The notes under the pieces are model-generated. The model saw only the letters and a list, made by a program, of their open reading frames with translations, was not told the origin of the DNA and searched no databases. A program made the translations under genes and the position numbers. From the NCBI GenBank assembly GCA_965203485.1, contig OZ241892.1:2816001-2880000 (forward strand): a stretch of 64,000 bases of DNA, in the 5' to 3' direction. Of the stretch, positions 1 through 8,497 are shown piece by piece (the stretch's first letter is position 1; each line of letters starts with the position of its first letter). Origin of the DNA: Longimicrobiales bacterium. GTDB taxonomy: Bacteria > Gemmatimonadota > Gemmatimonadetes > Longimicrobiales > Gaopeijiaceae.

Positions 1-684
1 CGGAGAGTTCTTCGCCGCCAAGCGGTGCTTCACGACGTGGAGATGGCGGTGGAGCCGGGCGAAGTTGCGGCGCTGGTGGGGCCGAACGGGGCGGGGAAGA
101 CGACGCTTTTGAGGATCCTGCTGGGCTTTAAGCAGCCCGACCGCGGGCAGTGCGCCGTCGCCGGCCTGTCCCCGAAGGAGTATCGGCGCCGCCGGGGCGT
201 GGGATACCTCCCGGAGTCGCTGGTCTTTCCGCGTGTGTGGACATGTCGCGACTTTCTAGGGCGAAGCGCGGACCTGTCCGCCGAGCCGTCGCAGCGGCGG
301 GCGGTCTTCGCGCGCTCGGTGGCGAGGAGCGGTCTCGACGCCGCGGCGCTCGACAAGCCGGCCCGGCTGTGCTCGAAGGGCATGCGCAGGCGGCTCGGGC
401 TCGCGCACGCTCTCGCCGCCGAACCGGCGCTCGTCGTGCTTGACGAGCCGTTCTCGGGGCTGGACCCGCGGGCGCGCGCGGCGTTGCGAGAGGAAGTGCA
501 GGCGGCCCGGGAGCGCGGCGCCGCCGTGCTGTTCGCGAGTCACGAGACGGCCGAAGTGCAACGGCTGGCCGACCGCGTCTTCATTCTGGCGGCTGGACGG
601 ACGCGGCCCGGACCCGCGCGTTCCGGCGACCCCGTGGCCGACTTGGCCGACTTGGAGGCCGAACTTCTGCGCGGCGACCGGTGA
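1..684 (+). CDS. ABC transporter ATP-binding protein (5' end may lie before the window)
   Basis: Walker A GPNGAGKT, signature-like CSKGMRRR, Walker B LVVLDEPFSGLDP, H-loop FASH; frame is open back to base 1. Confidence 0.9.
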   Translation, partial: RRVLRRQAVLHDVEMAVEPGEVAALVGPNGAGKTTLLRILLGFKQPDRGQCAVAGLSPKEYRRRRGVGYLPESLVFPRVWTCRDFLGRSADLSAEPSQRRAVFARSVARSGLDAAALDKPARLCSKGMRRRLGLAHALAAEPALVVLDEPFSGLDPRARAALREEVQAARERGAAVLFASHETAEVQRLADRVFILAAGRTRPGPARSGDPVADLADLEAELLRGDR

Positions 685-1412
685 CCGACCGGCTCTTGCC
701 GGCGCCGAAGCGACTCGCGTTGGTTGCTCGCGAGAACGCCCGCGGCTTCGCAGCGCTTGTCGCGTTCGCCGGAGCCCTGTACGGGTTGTATGCGATGATT
801 GAGGACGCGACGGAGTCGTGGATGGACGTTGCGCCCCGCCTGCTGGCCTTCCTTGCGCCATTGGTGGTCGTGGGCAGCTTCCGCCAGAGGATGGCCGGCG
901 CAGCCGCTCTCTGGCTCCAGAGGCCGGTGGACCCGTTGCGCTTCCATTTCGCCCGCTTCATCGAGGTCGCGTTGGTCGCGGTGGCCTCCGCGTCGCTGTT
1001 TCGGTGCACGGCCGTGGCCGTCGGTCTGGCGGGCGGCTGGGAGCCCGAAGCGCATCCGTTGCAGCCTCTGCCGACGGACGCCTTGAGAGCGGTTGCGATC
1101 GCCGCCGTCGGCTTCGGCCTGTCCTGTTGGTGGGGCGAGCGCGGCAGGCTGGCCGCCTGCGCCTACTTTGCGCTTTCCATGGCCGCGGCCGTGCAGATGC
1201 TCTTGGCCGGCGCGGGTGAAGAGCCATGGACCCAGGTCGTTCGCGCGGTGTCCTTGCCCGCTACGGCGCGCCTTGAAGAAGCGCTTTGGTTCCTCGTCGG
1301 CAGCCCCGGCGGCGACGGGCGCGCCGCGGCGTGGTTCCTCGCCTACGTGGCGGCATGGCTGGGCGTGGGTGCGGTCGGCATCCGCGCCCTCGCCGAGCAA
1401 CGGGCCAAGTAG
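681..1412 (+). CDS. Multi-pass membrane protein, probable ABC-2-type permease partner
   Basis: About 6 hydrophobic segments; GTGA start/stop overlap with the ATPase. Confidence 0.7.
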   Translation: MTDRLLPAPKRLALVARENARGFAALVAFAGALYGLYAMIEDATESWMDVAPRLLAFLAPLVVVGSFRQRMAGAAALWLQRPVDPLRFHFARFIEVALVAVASASLFRCTAVAVGLAGGWEPEAHPLQPLPTDALRAVAIAAVGFGLSCWWGERGRLAACAYFALSMAAAVQMLLAGAGEEPWTQVVRAVSLPATARLEEALWFLVGSPGGDGRAAAWFLAYVAAWLGVGAVGIRALAEQRAK

Positions 1413-1461
1413 GCCACCGAGCCGCCGGTCTCGTATCAGGTCCCGCCATTTCCGGGCGGCC

Positions 1462-1545
1462 TTCGGCCTGGAGTACGTGGGCACGGACAACCGCCCGCAC
1501 AAGGCCGTGGTCGTCCACCGCACGCTCCTGGGGTCGATGGAGCGC
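1462..1545 (+). pseudogene. thrS: Isolated fragment of threonyl-tRNA synthetase catalytic domain
   Basis: Translates FGLEYVGTDNRPHKAVVVHRTLLGSMER, the conserved ThrRS segment ending in motif 3 (HR..LGS.ER); no start and no ThrRS-like flanks. Confidence 0.75.
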
Positions 1546-1901
1546 TCGTTCAGGGCGCCGCCATCGTCGCCATCCCGACCGCGCTTCGGTTTCTGCCGCT
1601 CTGATCGGTCGCGCCGCGGCGCCGACCACGAGTTGGCGGATGGTCCCGGACGGCGCGGGTCGTGCCGAGTTCCCCGTCGGTGGCTGTCAGCGACGAGTTC
1701 GTGATGGCTCCAATCCCTCGAAACCCCTTGCCCCACGGGCCGCGGTGGAATCGCGTTCGCGCTCTTGCCGAATGTCGTCCGAGAGCGGACTTGACGCGCA
1801 TGGCCGATTGGTTATGCCTTGGAAGCAGGTCCCATTCCTCTCCGTGCCCTGGCAAGCGCGGAAGCCTCCTCCTTCGGCTCTCGTCGACAGGACTTCACGC
1901 C

Positions 1902-2425
1902 ATGAAAGACAGACGCGAACTCTCCCAACTTGTGTTCGCCGGACTGCTTTCGGTGGCCTTCCACGCTGGCTTTGCCCCGGTGGCCGGAGCCAGTCAGCCT
2001 CCCGCCCCCGTTCCCGCGTTCGCTTGGCTTGAAGTGGCGGAGGGAGACGTAGAGGAAGCTGAAGCGTCGGCAATATCCCGGCATCTTGCCGTTGACGCCG
2101 ACGGCATCGCAACGGACGTCAAGGACGACGAATCGGGATCCATCTCACGGCGTCCGTCTTGGCGGACACCTCGCTTCCGCAAGAGCGTGGAGCGCCCTCC
2201 ATCCGTTCCGATGCGGGCTGCCGCCCCGAATGGGCCAGCGAGGGCAGGATCACGCCCAGCAGCGGCGCTCCAGGCGAGATTGACGGAATTGAAATCACGG
2301 TGTGCAGACTCAGGGACGAACGGGTGGTTTACTTCGAGACTGACGCCATGGGCAGGGCGACCTTTATCTTTCGATGCGACTACGGTCGCAACTGCAAGCC
2401 ACGCGCCCACCTGGTGAACATGTAA
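1902..2425 (+). pseudogene. Probable frameshifted exported protein
   Basis: Signal-peptide-like start MKDRRELSQLVFAGLLSVAFHAG in one frame; protein-like Cys-containing C-terminus in another frame (2159-2425) whose TAA overlaps the next ATG (TAATG). Confidence 0.4.
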
Positions 2426-2620
2426 TGCACGACCGTTCGAAACAAGGCGTGGTGATGCGCATTGGACGCGGCGTTGTTGTTGTATTGGCGGCTAGTGCGC
2501 CGGAGACGGCAGCACAACAGATTCTGGAAGTGGACATGGACGCCGGCCGAGAGCTCGTCGGCGGGATCGAGTACCTGTTCGACTCCAGAACCGCGGCGGT
2601 GGACTACGACCGACGGCTAG
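2425..2620 (+). pseudogene. 5' part of an exported protein gene truncated by IS insertion
   Basis: Signal-like MRIGRGVVVVLAASAPETAAQQ then globular-looking sequence that is cut exactly at the CTAG preceding the IS inverted repeat. Confidence 0.5.
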
Positions 2621-3274
2621 CAGCCCGTGGACAAACCGGTTTGGCGCGTGCGCGACGGAACTCGGCTGGACACGGGCGTTTACCGGGCTCTCGACGGCGC
2701 GAACGCGCGGAAGTCGCGCAATAGAGGGCTTGAAGCGGCCCCGAGAGGCGTCGAAGCGGCTCGAGAGCGGCCATTGGGCGGCAAAATCGGCGCAAAACGG
2801 AGCCTGCGGCGCCCGTCGCGCAGGAATCGAGCACAGCTTGCGCTGCGGCGGGGCGGCCCTGCAGGCCTCGTGGCGTGCCGACTCCGAAGCGTCTTCGCAT
2901 GAGCAGCCCGAGGTTGAAGGCGGCGACGTGAATCAGCATCCGCTTGCGGATGTCCTCGTGGCCGCGAACGTGCACGCGGCGAAGCCCGCCCGTCGCCAGC
3001 AGGTGCGCGAACGAGCGCTCCAGCTTCTCGCCCCGCATCCGCAGCAGCGTACCCCACCATCAGCGCCCGAAAGTACACCCCCGGAGGAATCCCCGGCCGG
3101 CCCACGTTGCCCGCGTAGAACCCGGCGCACACCTCCTCCGCGAACTCGTCGAAAGCCGTCTTCCCGCAACAGCTTGTCCAGCGCCCGGTAGAACGGATGC
3201 TCCGACGCGCTGATCTCGCTCGTCGCCACGAACAGCGCCTCCTGCCGAACGCTCCGACGCTTGCCCAACGCCAT
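2621..3274 (-). pseudogene. Transposase remnant (frameshift near 3152, large internal deletion near 3048)
   Basis: ATG 3274 MALGKRRSVRQ; extra T breaks ...DGF/DEFAEEVCAGFY; central DDE region absent. Confidence 0.8.
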
Positions 3275-3361
3275 CGCCGTCCTCCTTCAAGGGAATCGTT
3301 CCGTCACTCCAATCTAATCCCTACCAATCACCGGCACCGCCGGGACTTTATCCACGGGCTG
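2621..3361 (-). mobile_element. Internally deleted, non-autonomous IS (IS5/IS1182-like), 741 bp
   Basis: Terminal inverted repeats CAGCCCGTGGACAAA (2621-2635) and TTTATCCACGGGCTG (3347-3361), 14/15 match, flanked by CTAG and CTAA; contains transposase N-terminus (HPFY..., GRPGIPPGVYFRALMVGY) joined directly to C-terminus (ERSFAHLLATGGLRR...AFNLGLLMR). Confidence 0.85.
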
Positions 3362-3608
3362 CTAAGGGACTTCGGCAGGTGCGCCGCGTCCTTCGCCGCG
3401 GCGCACCCGGCACCGCGGAGATCGCGCCGAGCAGCGTTTCTTTCGGCCTGCGGGAAGCCCGTCCGTCCGAGGACGGCCTCATGGACTTGGATGCCGCCCT
3501 TCGCGTTGCGTTACGGCCGACGATGGGACAGCAACCGTTCGGGCGCGAGCCCCTGCACTGTCCCGTTCGGCCATGGGCGGGTCCCGGCCGCGCGCCCATA
3601 CTTCTGCC

Positions 3609-5387
3609 ATGGTGGACGGCGGAGGGAGACTCGGCGAAATCCTGGTGGAGGACGGCGCGCTGGCGAAGGGCGCGCTCGCCGCCGCCATGGAAGAGCGGAC
3701 GCGCTCGGGCCGGCGACTCTCGGACATTCTGCTGCGGCGCGGCGTCGTGGACGAGGTCCAAGTGGCCAAGGCGCTGGCCCGGCAACTGGGGCTGCAGTAT
3801 GCGGAGCCGCCGTTTCGACCCGAGTCCAGCGCGTTGGCGAGGATCGAGCCCGGGCTGGCTCGGGCGAAGGGCGTGCTGCCGGTGGCGGTCGAGGGCCGGC
3901 GGCTCCGGGTGCTGCTGGCCGACCCACTCGACGCGGAGGCGGTGGAGGAGGTGCGATTCCAGTCGGGCTGCCACGTCGAGCCGCTGGCGGCGGCGCCGTC
4001 CGCGGTCCTGAAGGCCGTCAGGGACGCGTACGGCGGCGAACTCCCGGAGCTGCTCAGCCGACTTGCCCAAACGCCGTCCGGCAACGCGGGCGACGCCGGC
4101 GAGCACCGAGCCCTCGAGCGCGAAGCGAGCGCCGCGCCGATCGTGCGGATCGTGGACCATCTGCTGGCCGAGGCCATGGACGCGCGGGCCAGCGACATCC
4201 ACGTCGAGAGGATGGGCGAGGGCTCGCGGGTGCGTTTTCGCGTCGACGGGCTTCTGGCGAGCGCCGCGGAGTTGCCGCCGGGAACTCATCGCGCCGCGAT
4301 CTCGCGAGTCAAGATCATGGCCGGGCTGGACATCTCGGTTCGGAGGCGGGCACAAGACGGAGGCTTCACGGTGCGGAGGCAGAACGCCGAGATCACGGTT
4401 CGCGTTTCCACGATTCCCACGCACGAAGGCGAGAAGGCCGTGCTCCGCCTTCTCGATCCCGGCGACGCACCTCGCGACTTGGCCTCGCTGGGTTTCGCGC
4501 CCGCGGACCTCGAACGCTTGCGCCGGATCCTGGGCCGAGGCCAAGGCGTGCTGCTCGCGGCCGGCCCGACCGGCAGCGGCAAGACGACCACGCTGTCGGG
4601 CGCAGTGGCCGAGCTGGCTGCCGAGCACGTGAACATCGTCACCCTCGAGGACCCGATCGAATACCGCTTTCCCGGACTGGCGCAGGTGCAGATCGACCGC
4701 AAGGCCGGCGTCACGTTTCCGTCGGGACTTCGTGCAATTCTGCGCCAGGATCCGGACGTGATCCTCGTAGGCGAGATCCGGGACCGAGAGACGGCCGAGA
4801 TCGCCATGTCGGCCGCGGTGACCGGCCACTTGGTGCTGACGACGGTGCACACGATCGACGCGCCGAGCGCCGTTGCGCGGTTGCTGGAGATGGGCGTGCC
4901 ACCATTCCTCGTCGCCGGCGGACTCGCGGGCGTGGTGGCGCAACGGCTGGTGCGCCGAGTCTGTTCGCACTGCCGCGGACGCAACAGCGCAGCGTGCAGG
5001 GTATGCAAGGACGGCTACTGGGGGCGCAGCGGCGTCTTCGAAGTGCTCGCCGTGGACGACGAAGTCAGGACGGCGGTGGCCGCGGGCGCTTCAGTGACGG
5101 CGTTGCGCGCCCTTGCCCGCCGCAACGGCATGGCCTCGATGGCGCGCGATGCCCGGCGGCAGATCGCCGAGGGCGTGACCACGCCCCACGAAGCGGGACG
5201 GATCATTGCGCTCTCAGAGGCTACCGGCCTCCCTTGCGGCGTCTGCCAAGAAGCGCTTCCGCCCGGTGCGGCGGGTTGTCCGTTTTGCGGCCGCCCGCGC
5301 GTTGTCGCTTGCCCCTGCGGCGAGCCGCTCGAGCGCCGCTGGCGCTTCTGTCCGGCGTGTCTTCGCCCAACCGCCGGCGCAACATAA
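3609..5387 (+). CDS. PilB/GspE-family secretion ATPase with N-terminal MshEN domain and C-terminal double zinc ribbon
   Basis: RLGEILVEDG...RLSDILLRRG...LARQ; ASDIH; GPTGSGKTT; LRQDPDVILVGEIRD; GHLVLTTVH; C-terminal CGVC/CPFC/CPC/CPAC. Confidence 0.9.
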   Translation: MVDGGGRLGEILVEDGALAKGALAAAMEERTRSGRRLSDILLRRGVVDEVQVAKALARQLGLQYAEPPFRPESSALARIEPGLARAKGVLPVAVEGRRLRVLLADPLDAEAVEEVRFQSGCHVEPLAAAPSAVLKAVRDAYGGELPELLSRLAQTPSGNAGDAGEHRALEREASAAPIVRIVDHLLAEAMDARASDIHVERMGEGSRVRFRVDGLLASAAELPPGTHRAAISRVKIMAGLDISVRRRAQDGGFTVRRQNAEITVRVSTIPTHEGEKAVLRLLDPGDAPRDLASLGFAPADLERLRRILGRGQGVLLAAGPTGSGKTTTLSGAVAELAAEHVNIVTLEDPIEYRFPGLAQVQIDRKAGVTFPSGLRAILRQDPDVILVGEIRDRETAEIAMSAAVTGHLVLTTVHTIDAPSAVARLLEMGVPPFLVAGGLAGVVAQRLVRRVCSHCRGRNSAACRVCKDGYWGRSGVFEVLAVDDEVRTAVAAGASVTALRALARRNGMASMARDARRQIAEGVTTPHEAGRIIALSEATGLPCGVCQEALPPGAAGCPFCGRPRVVACPCGEPLERRWRFCPACLRPTAGAT

Positions 5388-5426
5388 GGAGACACGGCCA
5401 GCGCCGACCTCCGCTTCCGCGCCCGC

Positions 5427-6533
5427 TTATCCTTCGAACGTCGCGGTGCGCGTCGCCAGCGCCTCGATGCGTTCCATGCGTGGCGCCACGCCGATTCCCG
5501 GCCCGTCGGGGACCGCCATCGTCCCGTTGACCATCTCGAACTCCGGAGCGACCACGTCTTCCCGCCAGTAGCGGCGCGAACTCGATATGTCGCCCGGCAA
5601 CGTGAAGCCCGGCAGGCAGGCAAGCGCCACGTTGTGCGCCCGACCGACGCCCGACTCGAGCATGCCGCCGCACCAGACGGGCCATCCCGCCGCGCGGCAC
5701 AGGTCGTGGATGGCCAACGACTCGGCGAGGCCTCCGACGCGGCCCGGCTTGATGTTGACAATGCGGCCGGCGCGCAACCGCACGGCCAGCCGGGCGTCGG
5801 CGGCCGATCGTATCGATTCGTCCAGACAGACGGGCGTCGCGATGCCGCGTTGCAGGGCGGCGTGGTCCAGCACGTCTTCGTAATGCAGGGGCTGTTCCAG
5901 CATCATGAGCGCGAATTCGTCGACTTGCTCGAGGCGCGCCGAGTCGCCCGGCCATGCATAGGCCGAGTTCGCGTCGGCCATCAAGGGAGCATCGGGAAAC
6001 GACTTGCGCACGGCGCGCAGCATCTCGACGTCGCGGCCCGGCTTGATCTTGAGCTTGATCTTTCGGTAGCCCTCCGCAAGGTGCCGCTCCACCTTGGTCA
6101 AGAGAGCGTCGTCGGAGTCCTGGATGCCTATGGAGACGCCCACGGGAACCGCATCGCCTTCGGCGCCCAGCAGGTCGCGCAACGGTACGCCGCGGCGTTT
6201 CGCCTCCAAGTCCCATCCCGCCATCTCGACCGCCGCCCGAGCCATGGGATGGCCGCGCAACCATGGAGCCGGACGCAGGTCCCGCGCATCGTCCACGCGA
6301 CATCCGACGAGTTCGGGCAACAGCCAAGTCGTGAGAACCGACCACGCGGTGTCGGCGGTCTCGTACGAATACGAGGGCTTTTCGCCAGCCACGCACTCGG
6401 CCCAACCTTCGACGCCGTCCGAAACCAGGACGAGCAACAAGACTCGTCTGGTGCGGGTGCTGCCGCTGCTGATTGCGAAGGGCTCGACGAGCTCCATCGC
6501 GAGCTCCCGCAGCACGGCTCTTTCGATTGTCAC
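5427..6533 (-). CDS. menC: o-succinylbenzoate synthase / N-succinylamino acid racemase (enolase superfamily)
   Basis: KLKIKPG, ADANSAY, EQPL, LDES, NIKPGRVGG, CGGMLESGVG, PGDISSS motifs. Confidence 0.85.
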   Translation of the reverse strand: MTIERAVLRELAMELVEPFAISSGSTRTRRVLLLVLVSDGVEGWAECVAGEKPSYSYETADTAWSVLTTWLLPELVGCRVDDARDLRPAPWLRGHPMARAAVEMAGWDLEAKRRGVPLRDLLGAEGDAVPVGVSIGIQDSDDALLTKVERHLAEGYRKIKLKIKPGRDVEMLRAVRKSFPDAPLMADANSAYAWPGDSARLEQVDEFALMMLEQPLHYEDVLDHAALQRGIATPVCLDESIRSAADARLAVRLRAGRIVNIKPGRVGGLAESLAIHDLCRAAGWPVWCGGMLESGVGRAHNVALACLPGFTLPGDISSSRRYWREDVVAPEFEMVNGTMAVPDGPGIGVAPRMERIEALATRTATFEG

Positions 6534-6647
6534 GTCACAACAGGCCGAGACGGCAACTTCCGGCCAGTCTCTTTCCTCAGGCGCCGCCCGGCCGACAATA
6601 TCCGGGCGGGCTCCGAGGAAGAGAGCGAACAGCGTTCAGCTAAGAGC

Positions 6648-7136
6648 CTACTTGCCCTTCGCCGCGGTCTTGGCCGCCTTGATCTTGTCCCGGCGAATGA
6701 TGCCGTGGATCGCGGTGAGCAGAGCGCTGGGGGGCTTCTTCAGTCCGCCGGCTATCAACGCGCTGCGGATCTGCGGAGGCGTGTACTTGGTCCCATGCTC
6801 AGCCAAGAACCGCCGGTACGCCGCCGTGGTCCCCATGCCGCGGAACGCGCGGGGGCTCACCTCAGGGTGTCCGGCGCCCTGCGACCGCGACCGCCGTCCG
6901 TTCTTCGCCGCCGCCTTCTTCGCGGCGGGCTTGGGGCCTGGCTTCCGGCCCGGCTTGCGCCCTGGCTTCCGGCCCGGCTTCGGACCCGGCTTCTTGCGTG
7001 CCGACGGACCGGCGAGGAGGCTCTCGAGCCCCCGAATGATGGTCCGCAGCTCTTCGCCGCGCTTGTCGTGATTGGCCAGTTCCACCTTGGCTTGGTCCAA
7101 GGCGTTCCGGTAGGTGCGCGCTTGCTGTGCGTCCAT
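6648..7136 (-). CDS. Small very basic protein: N-terminal coiled coil, (KPGR/KPGP)n linker, C-terminal helical domain; candidate nucleoid protein
   Basis: RBS AGGGAGA, own promoter, sequence KKPGPKPGRKPGRKPGRKPGPKPAAKKAAAK. Confidence 0.75.
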   Translation of the reverse strand: MDAQQARTYRNALDQAKVELANHDKRGEELRTIIRGLESLLAGPSARKKPGPKPGRKPGRKPGRKPGPKPAAKKAAAKNGRRSRSQGAGHPEVSPRAFRGMGTTAAYRRFLAEHGTKYTPPQIRSALIAGGLKKPPSALLTAIHGIIRRDKIKAAKTAAKGK

Positions 7137-7242
7137 GTGATCAGCTTCTCCCTAAATGCCTGATCGAATTGAGTTGACGGTCGCTCTGCCGCGCGGCCCG
7201 GCAATCCGGGCGCCGCGCAAGGCCCGACCCGTGACGAGAAGA

Positions 7243-7271
7243 ACGATAGCACAATCTCGCGGCGTGCGCAA
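7243..7271 (-). promoter_or_regulatory. sigma70-type promoter for the basic protein gene
   Basis: Minus strand TTGCGC-N17-TATCGT with an extended -10 TG. Confidence 0.55.
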
Positions 7272-7279
7272 AATCGCTG

Positions 7280-8497
7280 TCACAGTTCTTCCAGGAGCGC
7301 GGCCAAGAACGCAATCCGGCGCGGCACGTCGGCCAGCAACACGTGTTCGTCCAGGGTGTGGGCGCCCCCTCCGTCCGGCCCAAGCCCGTCCAAGACAGGA
7401 AGGCCCGCCGCGGACGCGATGTTCCCGTCGCTGGCCCCACCCGTGCAGGCCTCGCCGAGCGCCAGTCCAACGTCTTTCGCAATGCGCCGCGCCCGTTCGA
7501 ACAACAACGCCGACGCCTTCGTCTTTTCCAGCGGTCCGCGGTTCGTCCCACCCTCTAGGCGCAATCTGCAACGGCCGTCGCGCGGGGCGAGCGAGCGGAT
7601 GGCGCTGTCGGCCGCGTCTCCGTCGGCTTTGGTCCAGAACCGAACGTCGATTGCGCACGACGCCTCATCGGCCACGACGTTGCTCAGTCGGCCGCCGCGC
7701 ACCGTTCCCACATTGACCGTGGTGCCATCGCCCAGGCCGCCGAGCGCGCGAATGCGCTCTATCTGATGAGCGATCTCGTGCACTGCGCTGGCGCCGGCCT
7801 CCGGCTCGATGCCCGCGTGAGCGGACCGGCCGGTCACACTGAGAACGTAGTCGGCGACTCCCTTTCGCCGAGTCTTGGCCGCGCCGCCCGGCGCCGAAGG
7901 TTCCAGCACCAAGCCGGAGCGCGCAGACTTCGCGCTCGCCTCGATTCGCGACCGCGAGTCCGGCGAGCCGATCTCTTCGTCGCAAGTGACCAGCAACCAT
8001 GTCTCCGTGCGCGGGCGCGCTCCCCTGTCGGCCAACGAGCGCAACGCGGTCAGCGCCGCCGCCAGTCCCGCCTTCATGTCGTATGAGCCGGGACCCTCGA
8101 TGCGGTCGGCGCTCACGGCGAAGGGAAAGCGCTCGAGGGTTCCGACGGGGTGCACCGTGTCCATGTGCCCCAAGAGAAGAAGGGGCTTGTCGCGGCCGAG
8201 ACGGGAGCGACGGCCGGGAAAGCGTCCCAAGAGGTGAACGCCCAGTCCGGGCGCCGCGAACGACTTCACGCCGCCGCCTGCGCGCGTCATCGCTTCTTCG
8301 ACGATCCGCGCGATCCGAGCGTTTGCAGCTTCGTCGCGAGACGGCGACTCCGCGCGCACCAGCGCCCCAAGCAGTTGCAGGAAGTCGCCGACGAGTCCGC
8401 CGTCGCCGCGCGAAGCGGAGCCGTCTGCGCGAGAAGTCCTTCGACGCAACGGGGAATCGCCGGCGGATCCGCCGCCTGCCGGGGCCTCGCCGGTCAC
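7280..8497 (-). CDS. M20 metallopeptidase (carboxypeptidase G2-like)
   Basis: GHMDTV, GPGSYDMKAG, DEEIGS, AHAG, GGASDGN, AHTLDE; GTG start overlapping the glcF stop. Confidence 0.85.
   Translation of the reverse strand: MTGEAPAGGGSAGDSPLRRRTSRADGSASRGDGGLVGDFLQLLGALVRAESPSRDEAANARIARIVEEAMTRAGGGVKSFAAPGLGVHLLGRFPGRRSRLGRDKPLLLLGHMDTVHPVGTLERFPFAVSADRIEGPGSYDMKAGLAAALTALRSLADRGARPRTETWLLVTCDEEIGSPDSRSRIEASAKSARSGLVLEPSAPGGAAKTRRKGVADYVLSVTGRSAHAGIEPEAGASAVHEIAHQIERIRALGGLGDGTTVNVGTVRGGRLSNVVADEASCAIDVRFWTKADGDAADSAIRSLAPRDGRCRLRLEGGTNRGPLEKTKASALLFERARRIAKDVGLALGEACTGGASDGNIASAAGLPVLDGLGPDGGGAHTLDEHVLLADVPRRIAFLAALLEEL

Noticed and set aside
1538..3022. 14-bp inverted match TGGAGCGCTCGTTC between the thrS fragment end (1538-1551) and the IS interior (3009-3022)
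   Set aside because: Short GC-rich match that could arise by chance; not at an IS terminus
3525..3565. Cobalamin riboswitch suggested by GCCCCTGCACTGT
   Set aside because: The upstream GGGAA...GGTG..AATCC elements are missing and the downstream gene is unrelated to B12
6570..6625. Intrinsic terminator downstream of the basic-protein gene
   Set aside because: An inverted repeat exists but there is no U-tract on the relevant strand
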